A stretch of 64,000 nt of DNA from Sedimentisphaeraceae bacterium JB056 (GTDB lineage: Bacteria; Planctomycetota; Phycisphaerae; Sedimentisphaerales; Sedimentisphaeraceae). The stretch lies in assembly GCA_044440125.1 (NCBI GenBank), contig JBITAJ010000009.1:18952-82951 (forward strand), in the 5' to 3' direction. The stretch's first letter is position 1. Each line of letters starts with the position of its first letter. The position numbers and the translations under genes are program-made. Under the pieces are notes generated by a model that was given only the letters and a program-made list of their open reading frames with translations, made no database searches and was not told the DNA's origin. Below are positions 47,904 to 57,829 of the stretch, piece by piece.

Positions 47904-49742
47904 TTAATTGTTTTCGGGAAACATCATTGCTGAGGCGAATTCCATTTGGAAATCGAGATCAAGCGAAAGTTCTGTATGCTCAGTCTCTACCGCCGCACGT
48001 CTTGCCTGCTGAAGCTTGTCTTCGCTGAGAGTCGCCAGCTCGGCTCCTGCCAACGCCGCGTTTCCAATATAAGTAATCTTACTTGAATCGCTTACAACCG
48101 GAAGCAAACCTATCCTCTGGGCATTCTCCTGCCTGATATAAAAACCGAAACCGCCGGCAATGAGAATCTCATCAAGCTCATTAATGTCAATCGATGCGTG
48201 TTTAAGCAGTATGTTTATACCCGCCCTTATCGCGCCAGACGCAAGCTGAAGCTCGCGTATATCACGCTGGGTTATGGTTATATTCTTGTCCGGCAACTGA
48301 GCAATGATAAATTCAGGACTGCCCGCTTCATCAAGCACCACTCTCTGCCCTATTTTCTCCGGCAGCGACTCATCAAGCTCCTGTGGAGTTTTCATCTGAC
48401 CAGTCGCACTAACAATCCCTGATTTGAGAAGCTCAGCAGTAATATCAATTATAGCACTGCCGCAAATACCTACCGGCTCCGAATCGCCAATAATCGAAGT
48501 CTGCACATCATCGGCAAAATCTATTTTTTCGATAGCTCCTGTTGTAGCACGCATGCCGCAGGATATTCTTGCACCCTCAAGGGCAGGACCCGCGGCTGTC
48601 GAGGCGGCAGTTAGTTTGCCGTCATTTCTAAGCACAAGCTCGCCATTTGTACCGATGTCTATCATCAGCGTTTTTGTACCGTTTTGCAGAATGCCCGATG
48701 CGATTATACAGGCGGTAGTATCACCGCCGACAAAACTTCCGATAACAGGGAAAATAAAGACTGAAGCACGCAGACAATTATTAAGCCCAAGCTTTGAAGC
48801 CTGCGTCCACTGCCCATCAGCAAAAGCACTGATAAACGGCATCATTCCCAATGGAGCGGGATTAATGCGGCAGAAGAGTTCAAGCATTGTCGTATTGCCC
48901 GCAATCGCGATACTGGCAACATCCCCGGCTTCGATTTCTGCCTTTTCGCACAGCTCACCGCACAAATCATCTATAGCCCCAACTATAGCATCATTGAGCT
49001 GGGCGAGGCCATCATCTTCAGCGGCAAAATTAATCCTGCTTACAACATCATCACCCATCGATACCTGCGGGTTCATCGTAGAAGCGATTGCAAGCTCGGT
49101 TCCTGTCCGCAAGCAGAGAAGTTTACCGGCAACAGTTGTTGTACCGATATCGAATGCCATACCGTAAAATTTATCGCTGGTATCGCCGCTGTCAACGGCA
49201 ACAATCTTGCCATTAAGAAGTGTGAATGTCGCACCGAATGCACCATCACGCAGTTTATCAGGAAGCTGTCGCAAAAGTTCCATATCAATATCACCGCTGC
49301 CGACAGCATCTTTAACACGGGTAAGGTCGCTGCGGCTATCGGCAAGGCTCGCCTCAGGAAGCTGCACATAAACTTTTTTGACAACCGGAGACAATTCCAC
49401 CTGCTGTCGTCTTCCAATATCGGTAAGTATCTGATGCTCCGAACATACGAGCGAGCTTTGCGGCAGATCAACCGTAATATCGTCAGTTATTATCGTTTTG
49501 CACGCAAGCCGCCAGCCTCTGGCAAGCTCCGAATCGCTGAAAAAAGTCCTGTCTCCCTCACCAATAGCAAGCTGACCGCTGCTTACTCTCACACGGCACT
49601 TGCCGCAGGTTCCCTGACTTCCACATGGGGCAATCATCTCCAAACCGCAACTCTTGGCGGCTTGCGTTATAGTCATACCGGCTGAAACCTCAATATTCTT
49701 GCCGGAAGGCTGAAAGATCACTTTAAACTTTTTATCTTCCAT
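47904..49742 (-). CDS. Reductive activator of corrinoid proteins (RACo/ASKHA-type) with N-terminal 2Fe-2S domain
   Basis: CGSQGTCGKC...RLAC ferredoxin, FDIGTTT, NPQ..GDDVVSRI, IDIGTNGE, AAGPALEG, GICGS, AGGFG, GNAAL. Confidence 0.9.
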   Translation of the reverse strand: MEDKKFKVIFQPSGKNIEVSAGMTITQAAKSCGLEMIAPCGSQGTCGKCRVRVSSGQLAIGEGDRTFFSDSELARGWRLACKTIITDDITVDLPQSSLVCSEHQILTDIGRRQQVELSPVVKKVYVQLPEASLADSRSDLTRVKDAVGSGDIDMELLRQLPDKLRDGAFGATFTLLNGKIVAVDSGDTSDKFYGMAFDIGTTTVAGKLLCLRTGTELAIASTMNPQVSMGDDVVSRINFAAEDDGLAQLNDAIVGAIDDLCGELCEKAEIEAGDVASIAIAGNTTMLELFCRINPAPLGMMPFISAFADGQWTQASKLGLNNCLRASVFIFPVIGSFVGGDTTACIIASGILQNGTKTLMIDIGTNGELVLRNDGKLTAASTAAGPALEGARISCGMRATTGAIEKIDFADDVQTSIIGDSEPVGICGSAIIDITAELLKSGIVSATGQMKTPQELDESLPEKIGQRVVLDEAGSPEFIIAQLPDKNITITQRDIRELQLASGAIRAGINILLKHASIDINELDEILIAGGFGFYIRQENAQRIGLLPVVSDSSKITYIGNAALAGAELATLSEDKLQQARRAAVETEHTELSLDLDFQMEFASAMMFPENN

Positions 49743-49839
49743 CGTGTTTTCCTTAATCCTGCAAAAGCATACACCCCTTACGCTCATACAGGTAATTGTA
49801 TCTATATAATTTCAGTTAGATAAATTCCCTTATATCCCT

Positions 49840-52455
49840 TTACTGAATTTCTTTCTTTATCTCATTAAGCAGATTCATAGCCTCAAGCGGCGTGAGATTA
49901 TTCACATCGATTGAGCCGAGTCTGTCAAGTACGCTCTTGTTTCTCTGCACAAACAACATACCCTCATCGCTTACCGTCTTATTCTTGCTAAGCTGCTCAT
50001 CCTGCACTTCTTTGGAGAATGTATTTTCAAGGTCGGTGAGTATCTCACGACTGCGGCTGACGATAGCCGGCGGCAAGCCCGCAAGCTTCGCCACATGCAC
50101 ACCGTAACTCTTGTCAGTACCGCCGGGCAGTATCTTATGCAGGAACACAACTTCATCATTCCACTCACGAACCGCTACATTGCAATTCTTAACGTTCGCC
50201 AAAATATCGGCAAGCTCGGTAAGCTCGTGGTAGTGAGTTGCAAACAAAGTACGGCAGGCGATAACATTCGCTATGTGTTCGGTTATTGCCCAGGCAAGCG
50301 ACAAACCGTCATAAGTACTTGTGCCGCGTCCAACCTCATCAAGAATAACAAGCGAACGATTCGTTGCATTATTAACAATATTGGCTGTTTCGGTCATCTC
50401 GACCATAAAGGTTGACTGCCCTCTTGCCAGTTCATCGGAAGCACCAACCCTTGTAAATATTCTGTCAACAAGACCAACCCTCGCACTCTCGGCAGGAAGG
50501 AAGCTGCCCATTTGAGCCATAAGCACAAGCAGAGCCGTCTGCCTGATATAAGTACTCTTACCACTCATGTTAGGGCCGGTAATAATAATCACATCCTTAT
50601 TATCCTCGCCAATCTCAATATCATTGGAAACAAATTCGCTTCCAAGAGTCTCGGCTACAACCGGATGCTTACCGTCTTTTATCTCTAGTACAGATGAATC
50701 ATCAACAAGCGGCTTTATATATCCACGCCTCAAGGCAAGTTCGCCAAGAGCGGCAAGGCAATCGATATTAGCAATCGCATCAGCCAAATCCTGAAGTCTG
50801 TGTATATAGTTTGTGGTCTCAGTTCTTATCTGCTCAAACAATTTCTGTTCAAGATCAAGAGCCTTGTCTCTGGCTCCCAGAACTTCAACCTCATAATTCT
50901 TAAGCTCCTCGGTTATGTAACGCTCAGCATTCTTTATCGTCTGCTTTCTGACGTATTCAATCGGAACCTTATCAGCAACCAAGCGGCTAAGCTCAATGTA
51001 ATAGCCAAACACCTTATTATAACCAAGCTTAAGATTCGTAAGGCCGGTGCGTTCTATTTCACGCTGCTGATATTCCGCCAGCCAGCTCTTGCCATCGGAA
51101 GAAATACGGCGAAGCCTGTCGAGCTCTTCGTTGTAACCGTTATTTATCACACCGCCGTCACGAAGATGTGTAGGACAGTCAGGGATTATCGCCGCCTCAA
51201 GTAAGTCGGCAAGTTCATCCATACTGTCACAATTTTCCGCCAAAGCCTTCAATGCCGCTGAATCACAACCTTCAACAACATTTCGTATCTGAACAACTTT
51301 TCTCAGAGTAGCCGCTAAAGCAATGAGATCCTTAGGGTTAGTACGGTATGTGCTTATCCTCGCTGCAATACGTTCAAGATCGGCAAAATTCTTAAGCTGC
51401 GACCTCAGCTCTTCAAGAGAGCGAGAATTATTTACAAATTCCTCAACACAATCCTGACGTGCATGTATCGCCTTGACATCATAAAGCGGCATACAAACCC
51501 ACATACGCATCATTCGCGTACCCATTCCGGTAAGCGTCTGATCGATTGATGCAAGCAGAGAGCCTTTTCTGTCTTCGCTGCGAATCGTACGCAATATTTC
51601 AAGACTGCGGAGCGATGTCTGATCTATCTGGAGATAACGGCTGCGATTTACAACCTTTATCGACTTTATATGCCCAAGCGTTGTTTTCTGTGTTTCCTTG
51701 AGATATTCGAGTATCGCACCGGCCGGCGGGATAAACTCTGAACCGCCCGATATCCCAAACCCCTCAAGGGTATTCGTACCGAAATGCTTGAGCAGATTCT
51801 TCTCAGCATTATGATAATCAAAATACCAGCCGGGGCGCTCGGTTACTACCGCATTTGTCTGCTCTCTTATATCTTTTGCAAGCTTACTGAAATCATCAGC
51901 GAAAAGCTCGCCGCGTTTCTCTGGAAGCAGGCATTCCTTCGGAGCAAGGCTCATCAGTTCATCAACAAGCCTATTTTCAGGCACTTCCTGAACAAAAAAG
52001 TGACCCGTTGAGATATCAACCCAGCTTATCATCGCATTCTTTTTGCCAAGATGTACGCCGCAAAGGAAATTATCCTCATTACCCTCAAGCAGGATATCAT
52101 CGGTAAGCGTACCAGGAGTAATAACACGCACAACATCACGCTTTACAACTCCCTTAGCTGTCTTAGGGTCTTCAACCTGCTCACAAACAGCAACTTTATA
52201 ACCGGCCTGAATCATCTTTTTCAGGTAGCCGTCAACGGCATGGAAAGGCAGACCGGCAAGAGGGATAGGAGAATCGCTGTTCTTATTGCGGCTGGTCAGT
52301 GTCAAACCAAGCACACGCGAACAAATCTCCGCATCCTCATAAAATGTCTCATAAAAATCACCCATCCTGAAAAACAGCACCGAATCAGGATACTTATCCT
52401 TGAAATGATGATACTGTTTCATCGCGGGCGTTAGTTTGGGCTCTTTTTTACTCAT
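49840..52455 (-). CDS. mutS: DNA mismatch repair protein MutS
   Basis: TPAMKQY, FRMGDFYETF, ITGPNMSGKSTY, STFMVEM, DEVGRGTST, FATHYHEL. Confidence 0.98.
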   Translation of the reverse strand: MSKKEPKLTPAMKQYHHFKDKYPDSVLFFRMGDFYETFYEDAEICSRVLGLTLTSRNKNSDSPIPLAGLPFHAVDGYLKKMIQAGYKVAVCEQVEDPKTAKGVVKRDVVRVITPGTLTDDILLEGNEDNFLCGVHLGKKNAMISWVDISTGHFFVQEVPENRLVDELMSLAPKECLLPEKRGELFADDFSKLAKDIREQTNAVVTERPGWYFDYHNAEKNLLKHFGTNTLEGFGISGGSEFIPPAGAILEYLKETQKTTLGHIKSIKVVNRSRYLQIDQTSLRSLEILRTIRSEDRKGSLLASIDQTLTGMGTRMMRMWVCMPLYDVKAIHARQDCVEEFVNNSRSLEELRSQLKNFADLERIAARISTYRTNPKDLIALAATLRKVVQIRNVVEGCDSAALKALAENCDSMDELADLLEAAIIPDCPTHLRDGGVINNGYNEELDRLRRISSDGKSWLAEYQQREIERTGLTNLKLGYNKVFGYYIELSRLVADKVPIEYVRKQTIKNAERYITEELKNYEVEVLGARDKALDLEQKLFEQIRTETTNYIHRLQDLADAIANIDCLAALGELALRRGYIKPLVDDSSVLEIKDGKHPVVAETLGSEFVSNDIEIGEDNKDVIIITGPNMSGKSTYIRQTALLVLMAQMGSFLPAESARVGLVDRIFTRVGASDELARGQSTFMVEMTETANIVNNATNRSLVILDEVGRGTSTYDGLSLAWAITEHIANVIACRTLFATHYHELTELADILANVKNCNVAVREWNDEVVFLHKILPGGTDKSYGVHVAKLAGLPPAIVSRSREILTDLENTFSKEVQDEQLSKNKTVSDEGMLFVQRNKSVLDRLGSIDVNNLTPLEAMNLLNEIKKEIQ

Positions 52456-52615
52456 ATATAAAATATTCTTTCGCTATTATCAAAATCCAATGGTACTTAT
52501 TCTATTTTCAATACCAAATTTGTAAAGTATTTTATACCAATCTCATGAAATAAATACACTGCCCACGCACAATTAATTATGCTATTCACTATAGTATCTA
52601 AATCAGGATAAATAG

Positions 52616-52658
52616 AAAAAGCGGCTGACAATAATGAAATTGTCAGCCGCTTTTTTTT
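52616..52658. terminator. Intrinsic terminator (bidirectional form)
   Basis: AAAAAGCGGCTGACAAT...ATTGTCAGCCGCTTTTTTTT. Confidence 0.85.
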
Positions 52659-52667
52659 AGTCTACTG

Positions 52668-53825
52668 TCAAAGACAGTCATTTATTATTTTTTCAAGTCG
52701 CTGTTTTATAAACACTGTTGAATCACTCTGAGCCGCTTGCTCCAGCAACCGTCTCTGGCGGGCTGTAAAACATACGATCTTATCGGAAGTAAGCTCACCA
52801 ACTCCGCAAGCCTCTATTATAGAATTTGCTACAACATCAACTCCTGAAGCCTTCGCTGCACTAATAACTATATCACCCTCAAACTTCTTAACAAATTCAG
52901 GTTTGCACAAATCGACCTTGTTGTATACCTTAAGGAATATGGCTTCACTATCGCTGTCAATGATCATCTGTTCGATCATATTATTCGAGCCTTTTTGCGG
53001 TTGAGAGATATCCATAATCAGGAGTATAACATCTGCCTTATCAACAAGCTCAATCGTTTTCTTTTGAGACCGCCTGTCTATATCATTACCGCAAAGCATG
53101 CTGTCAATTCCCGCCGTATCAATCAACTCAACACTCATCGGGCCTATCGAACAATCGCAGCTTATCCAGTCTCTGGTCGTACCTTTGACATCTGTAACAA
53201 TTGCAGCATCTTTTCCACTGAAACAATTAAACAACGTACTCTTGCCACTGTTCGGCAGACCGGCAAGAACAACACGCTGCTTTTCAAAAAGGTACCGTGC
53301 TTTATCTGAATCAGAAAGTATATTTGCGCATTCAATGTGAAATGCTACAACATCTATCTCTTCAGACGCAAGCCATCTTTGGGCAAAAGCCCTCAAACCA
53401 TCTTTTGTCTGATTTGACATCAACTCAAAGGCTTCGCAACTCAAAGGTTGAATAAACGCAAGTTTAGCTTCAGCAGAAATGATATCAGAAGGGAAACGCT
53501 GCGCAAGGTCTCTTGCGGCATATTCGTCCAGCGGAAGTGTTTTTGCTCCAAAACCGGATGCCGCTGTCATTATCTTCTCAACTATTATCGGATTGCCGTG
53601 ACAGTTTATAACATAACGCTGATTCTGTTCACGTGCGATAAGAGTTTCATCAATCAATCCATTTTCATCATAAATGCTGTAAAGTTTATAACAACCTCGA
53701 TTTATCCGAAAATCTTCTTTATTTGTCAAACTTCTGCATATTTCAGACGCGGCAGGGCCATCAACTGCAATTGCTGATATAGCCGAACTGGTCTTTCCCG
53801 TGATAACTGCCGCGATCGTTTCCAT
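52668..53825 (-). CDS. mnmE: MnmE/TrmE-like tRNA-modification GTPase (short form)
   Basis: INCHG in the N-domain, GLPNSGKSTL, GTTRD, DTAG, NKVD, TARQ near the C-terminus. Confidence 0.75.
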   Translation of the reverse strand: METIAAVITGKTSSAISAIAVDGPAASEICRSLTNKEDFRINRGCYKLYSIYDENGLIDETLIAREQNQRYVINCHGNPIIVEKIMTAASGFGAKTLPLDEYAARDLAQRFPSDIISAEAKLAFIQPLSCEAFELMSNQTKDGLRAFAQRWLASEEIDVVAFHIECANILSDSDKARYLFEKQRVVLAGLPNSGKSTLFNCFSGKDAAIVTDVKGTTRDWISCDCSIGPMSVELIDTAGIDSMLCGNDIDRRSQKKTIELVDKADVILLIMDISQPQKGSNNMIEQMIIDSDSEAIFLKVYNKVDLCKPEFVKKFEGDIVISAAKASGVDVVANSIIEACGVGELTSDKIVCFTARQRRLLEQAAQSDSTVFIKQRLEKIINDCL

Positions 53826-53835
53826 ATTTTAACCT

Positions 53836-54633
53836 TTAAGATACTTCAAGTTTGTCAAGATAGAACTTATATGAAAGCACAATTCCCTTTATAACGAGCT
53901 CATCAACCCAATTATCAACGAAAGTACAATCCTTCTTTAGAATAGAAGCTCCCGCTCCCGTTACAATCATCTGAGGCCACTGGCCTATTTGCTCGGCATA
54001 ATTGCGGCTTATTGTTTCAAGAAGTCCTACCGCTGAATAATAAATGCCGTTATTTATAGCTTCCTGAGTACTTGTGCCTACAGGATTAAGAGGTGTAACA
54101 ATGTTAACCTTAGGCAGCTGAGCCGTATTTTCATTGAGAGCCTTTGAACTGAGCTCAAAACCGGGAGCAATGATACCACCCATAAAATCACCATCACTGT
54201 CGACCAGATCAACTGTTATAGCTGTTCCGATATCGGCAACTATTACGGCCGACTCCACAACAAAATAAGCCGCTGCCGCCGCAACAATCCTGTCAACACC
54301 TACATTTGCCGGATACTGAACACATAGTTTTATCGGCAAAGGAATATCCTTTTCGATACCGATTTCAAGTGCTTTCTCATCAAGCTCTGTTTTACAAACA
54401 TCTTTAAGAAGCTCAGACCATTCGGGTTTGACACTGCAAAAAACTATTACACCGTCTTTGCGGCCTTCAGTTGATCGCTCAGATACAGGCAGCTTGTCCC
54501 AAAGTCCGCAAAGAACTTCAGTAAGCTTCTGGCGATTACCATCTTCGATTATCTCTGTCGGGCTCTTTTCACCCTCAAGAAACAAACTTATCTTTATACT
54601 GCTATTTCCTATGTCAACAGCTATTATATTCAT
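53836..54633 (-). CDS. coaX: Type III pantothenate kinase
   Basis: AVDIGNS, VGVDR, ADIGTAITVD, GGIIAPG, TGAG. Confidence 0.92.
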   Translation of the reverse strand: MNIIAVDIGNSSIKISLFLEGEKSPTEIIEDGNRQKLTEVLCGLWDKLPVSERSTEGRKDGVIVFCSVKPEWSELLKDVCKTELDEKALEIGIEKDIPLPIKLCVQYPANVGVDRIVAAAAAYFVVESAVIVADIGTAITVDLVDSDGDFMGGIIAPGFELSSKALNENTAQLPKVNIVTPLNPVGTSTQEAINNGIYYSAVGLLETISRNYAEQIGQWPQMIVTGAGASILKKDCTFVDNWVDELVIKGIVLSYKFYLDKLEVS

Positions 54634-54981
54634 CGAATTTCCCAATATTAAAAAGAATGCATATTTCTGCCGTTTCAGAAAACGGCGCAAGTGTTTTAAT
54701 TGTAGTCATTAAACATTAATTTGCAATATGTTATTTGGCTCCACCTCTGCCGCGGTAGAAAGACTGCTACGCTAAGAACCTTAAAGCCATTATTGACAGT
54801 ATCTTACAATCGCAAATATCCATAAAGCATTAAAAATAACAACATCTTATAAAATGGGCATAAAATAAGATTTTAATCAAAAAAATAAATTCAATGCAAT
54901 ATACAAAACAATATCCTCGTCTGTAATTGTGAAGATCAAATTAAAACTTATAACAAACACTATTTCATAAGGAGTTTTATC

Positions 54982-55938
54982 ATGAGAACACAAACACTAT
55001 TAGCAACACTACTTATCACAGCGGCAATATGTTTTGCCGAGCCCAGATTCAACTGGGATGAAGTAAGCGGCCCCCATCAGAGAGAAAGAGGGTTTGCACC
55101 AACATGCAGCAGACAGTTCGGCAGAGAGTGCCAGCAGCCGCAACAAAGAGGATTTCAAGCTCGTCCTCAATTCAGAGGCTGGCAGCAGTTCAGGGGCTAT
55201 GGTCCTCAGGCGACTCAGGGACAAAGACAATTCTCCCAGCCTAATTTCCAAGGTCATCAAGGCATGAGAAGGGGCCAATGGTTCCAAGGGCACACTAAGG
55301 GCTTTGGCTACGGCAACTTACCACAGAGAAGAGATGCCTTCACTCCAAGATGGCAGCATCAGGGTCAATTTGAAGGCCGTGGATTCGGTCAAGACAGAAG
55401 ACCGTACGCTCAAGGCAGACATATGGGTTCTCCATACGGCGGAAAAGGACAGTTTCAGCAAAGAGGCTTTGGGCAAGGTTTTGAAAGCCGCAAATTCGCT
55501 TATCCTGATAGCAACCGCTTCGACTTTGACAAATCAAATCGCTTTAGAGACCAGAAGCCAAGGTTCGAATGCGATGGCAAAGAAGGAAAATGCTACAGAG
55601 AACGCGGAGAAGAAACAAGAGGTTTCGGTAAGGAGCAATACGAAAGAAAACCGCAATTCAGGGAAGGTAGAGAAGGACAATGTACAGAAGAAGGTCCTAA
55701 AGCATACAAACATCATCAAGGAAAAGGCTTCTGTCAAGAGAAAGAAGGAGCTTGCGATATAGCCAAAGATAAGAGACAGCAAATGCACCACCGCCAAAGC
55801 CGTGAAGGTGGAGAGAAACCAGAAGGACAAGGCAGTGAACTAAGAGAACTGAAGCTGAAACTCCGCGATGCCGTCATGGATAAGGACTATCAAAGAGCTG
55901 AAAGAATACTCAACAGGCTCAAAGACATCGACAAATAA
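54982..55938 (+). CDS. Secreted low-complexity Q/G/F/R-rich protein with C-terminal UVR-like helical motif
   Basis: AAGGAG RBS, signal peptide, repeated QRGF/QGH/RGFGQ, C-terminal LKLKLRDAVMDKDYQRAERI; followed by a terminator. Confidence 0.75.
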   Translation: MRTQTLLATLLITAAICFAEPRFNWDEVSGPHQRERGFAPTCSRQFGRECQQPQQRGFQARPQFRGWQQFRGYGPQATQGQRQFSQPNFQGHQGMRRGQWFQGHTKGFGYGNLPQRRDAFTPRWQHQGQFEGRGFGQDRRPYAQGRHMGSPYGGKGQFQQRGFGQGFESRKFAYPDSNRFDFDKSNRFRDQKPRFECDGKEGKCYRERGEETRGFGKEQYERKPQFREGREGQCTEEGPKAYKHHQGKGFCQEKEGACDIAKDKRQQMHHRQSREGGEKPEGQGSELRELKLKLRDAVMDKDYQRAERILNRLKDIDK

Positions 55939-55959
55939 CAAACAATATACATTCTTAAT

Positions 55960-56002
55960 AAAAAGGCCGGCATATCCCCAACAGGTATAGACCGGCCTTT
56001 TT
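55960..56002 (+). terminator. Intrinsic terminator
   Basis: AAAAAGGCCGG...CCGGCCTTTTT. Confidence 0.8.
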
Positions 56003-56239
56003 CATTTATATTTCCATCAGAAAAACAACTACTGTTATCATAAGCACCGAGTAACATAAATCGATGCCGCAATTTTACTTAATATTACCGTTTGCATACC
56101 CGTAATGCCATTTTCCGCTTGCATTTCACACTGTTTTGGTTAAATTGTTGATTTCGCATCGACTTTACAGGGTTTCAGATGCACTTTTTTAACCGCTAAC
56201 GCGGATGATTAAATCTTAAAATTGATATAAGGTATTAAA

Positions 56240-57700
56240 ATGGCAAAACTTGCAAAACTTGATGATATTGTGTCGCTTTGTAAAAGGCGTGGATTTATAT
56301 TTCAGTCAAGCGAAATTTACGGCGGTCTGGCAAGCTGTTATGATTACGGTCCACTGGGGAGCGAACTCAAACGAAACGTACGTAACGCATGGTGGAAAAG
56401 CACCGTTCAGATGCGTGATAACGTCGTAGGCGTTGACTGCAGCATCCTTATGCACCCAATGGTGTGGAAGGCCAGCGGTCATGCAGACAAATTCGCTGAC
56501 CTTATAACCGAATGCAAGAAATGTCATGCACGTACCCGCGTCGACCATCTCCTCAATACAGACGGCAAGAGTGCGGAAGAGCTTGGAACAGATATCAACG
56601 ATACAAGCGATAAAGTATGCCCCAAATGTACCAAAGTGGGTAATTTCACTGAGCCTATGCCTTTCAAGCTCATGTTTGAAACTCAGATGGGTGCCAACGC
56701 TGATGATACAATGACCTTATTCATGCGTCCCGAGACAGCTCAGGGCATATTCGCCAACTTCCGCAACGTACTCGACAGTACACGCGTAAAAGTACCTTTC
56801 GGTATCGCCCAGATCGGAAAGAGCTTCCGTAATGAGGTAACAACCAAAGCATTTATCTTCCGTACACGCGAGTTCGAGCAAGCTGAGCTGGAATTCTTCT
56901 GCGAGCCTGGAACAGACGAACAGTGGTACGAATTCTGGAAAGAGCAACGCTTCAACTGGTATATTGAACACGGCATAAAGAAAGAAAACCTTCGTATGCG
57001 AGACCACGCATCAGATGAACTGGCACACTACGCCAAAGCATGTGTTGATGTTGAGTATAAATTCCCGTTCGGTCAAGGTGACTGGCAGGAGCTTGAAGGT
57101 GTCGCAAATCGTACAGACTACGATCTTCGCCAGCATCAGAGAGGTATGCGAAGCGTAAACTCATACATTGAGAACGGTTATGATGTTACTAAAGCAGAGC
57201 TCAAAGAGGAGACAGAAGACTACTTCAAGGGTCCGCTGTCATTCTTTGATGAGCAGGCTAAAAAACGCTACGTACCATATGTAATTGAGCCAAGCGCCGG
57301 TATTGACAGAAGTACGCTTGCATTCCTCGTTGACGCTTACGATGAGGAAGAAGTAAACGGCGAGACAAGAAACCTGCTGCGTTTCCATCCGGAAATAGCT
57401 CCTATTAAAGCGGCAATCTTCCCACTTGTCAAGAAAGACGGCATGCCGGATATAGCACACGGCATATGCGATAATCTACGCAAACACTTCAATGTATTCT
57501 ACGATGAAAAAGGCGCTATCGGTCGTCGCTACAGAAGACAGGACGAAGCGGGCACGCCATTCTGCATCACTGTTGACGGCCAGGTCAAAGAAGACAATAC
57601 TGTGACCGTTCGCCACCGCGATACAATGGAGCAGGAAAGAATAAATGTAGACAATCTCCTGAACTATCTACGCGACAAGATGGACAACTGGGGTAAATAA
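56240..57700 (+). CDS. glyQS: Glycine-tRNA ligase, alpha2 (homodimeric) type
   Basis: KRRGF, YDYGPLG, MRPETAQGIF, QIGKSFRNE, FRTREFEQAE, IEPSAGIDR, IGRRYRRQDEAGTP. Confidence 0.96.
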   Translation: MAKLAKLDDIVSLCKRRGFIFQSSEIYGGLASCYDYGPLGSELKRNVRNAWWKSTVQMRDNVVGVDCSILMHPMVWKASGHADKFADLITECKKCHARTRVDHLLNTDGKSAEELGTDINDTSDKVCPKCTKVGNFTEPMPFKLMFETQMGANADDTMTLFMRPETAQGIFANFRNVLDSTRVKVPFGIAQIGKSFRNEVTTKAFIFRTREFEQAELEFFCEPGTDEQWYEFWKEQRFNWYIEHGIKKENLRMRDHASDELAHYAKACVDVEYKFPFGQGDWQELEGVANRTDYDLRQHQRGMRSVNSYIENGYDVTKAELKEETEDYFKGPLSFFDEQAKKRYVPYVIEPSAGIDRSTLAFLVDAYDEEEVNGETRNLLRFHPEIAPIKAAIFPLVKKDGMPDIAHGICDNLRKHFNVFYDEKGAIGRRYRRQDEAGTPFCITVDGQVKEDNTVTVRHRDTMEQERINVDNLLNYLRDKMDNWGK

Positions 57701-57710
57701 GAAAACATAT

Positions 57711-57742
57711 ATAGGGGTGGAATAAAATTCTACCCCTATTTT
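57711..57742 (+). terminator. Intrinsic terminator
   Basis: ATAGGGGTGGAAT-aaa-ATTCTACCCCTAT followed by TTT. Confidence 0.75.
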
Positions 57743-57829
57743 AATTATACCCTGCCAAAACGATTGACACCTCTTGCCCGGCATCTTTTCATTATTATCA
57801 ATTTGAATTAAACGAAAGCAGAGTTAATA

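Noticed and set aside
48424..49167. 247-aa plus-strand ORF
   Set aside because: Antisense shadow of the RACo gene, with the Ser/Pro/Ala-rich composition typical of reverse-frame reads.
56100..56239. Possible T-box or attenuator upstream of glyQS
   Set aside because: The leader is too short and lacks the T-box consensus; only a weak GCATC/GATGC stem before a T-run is present.
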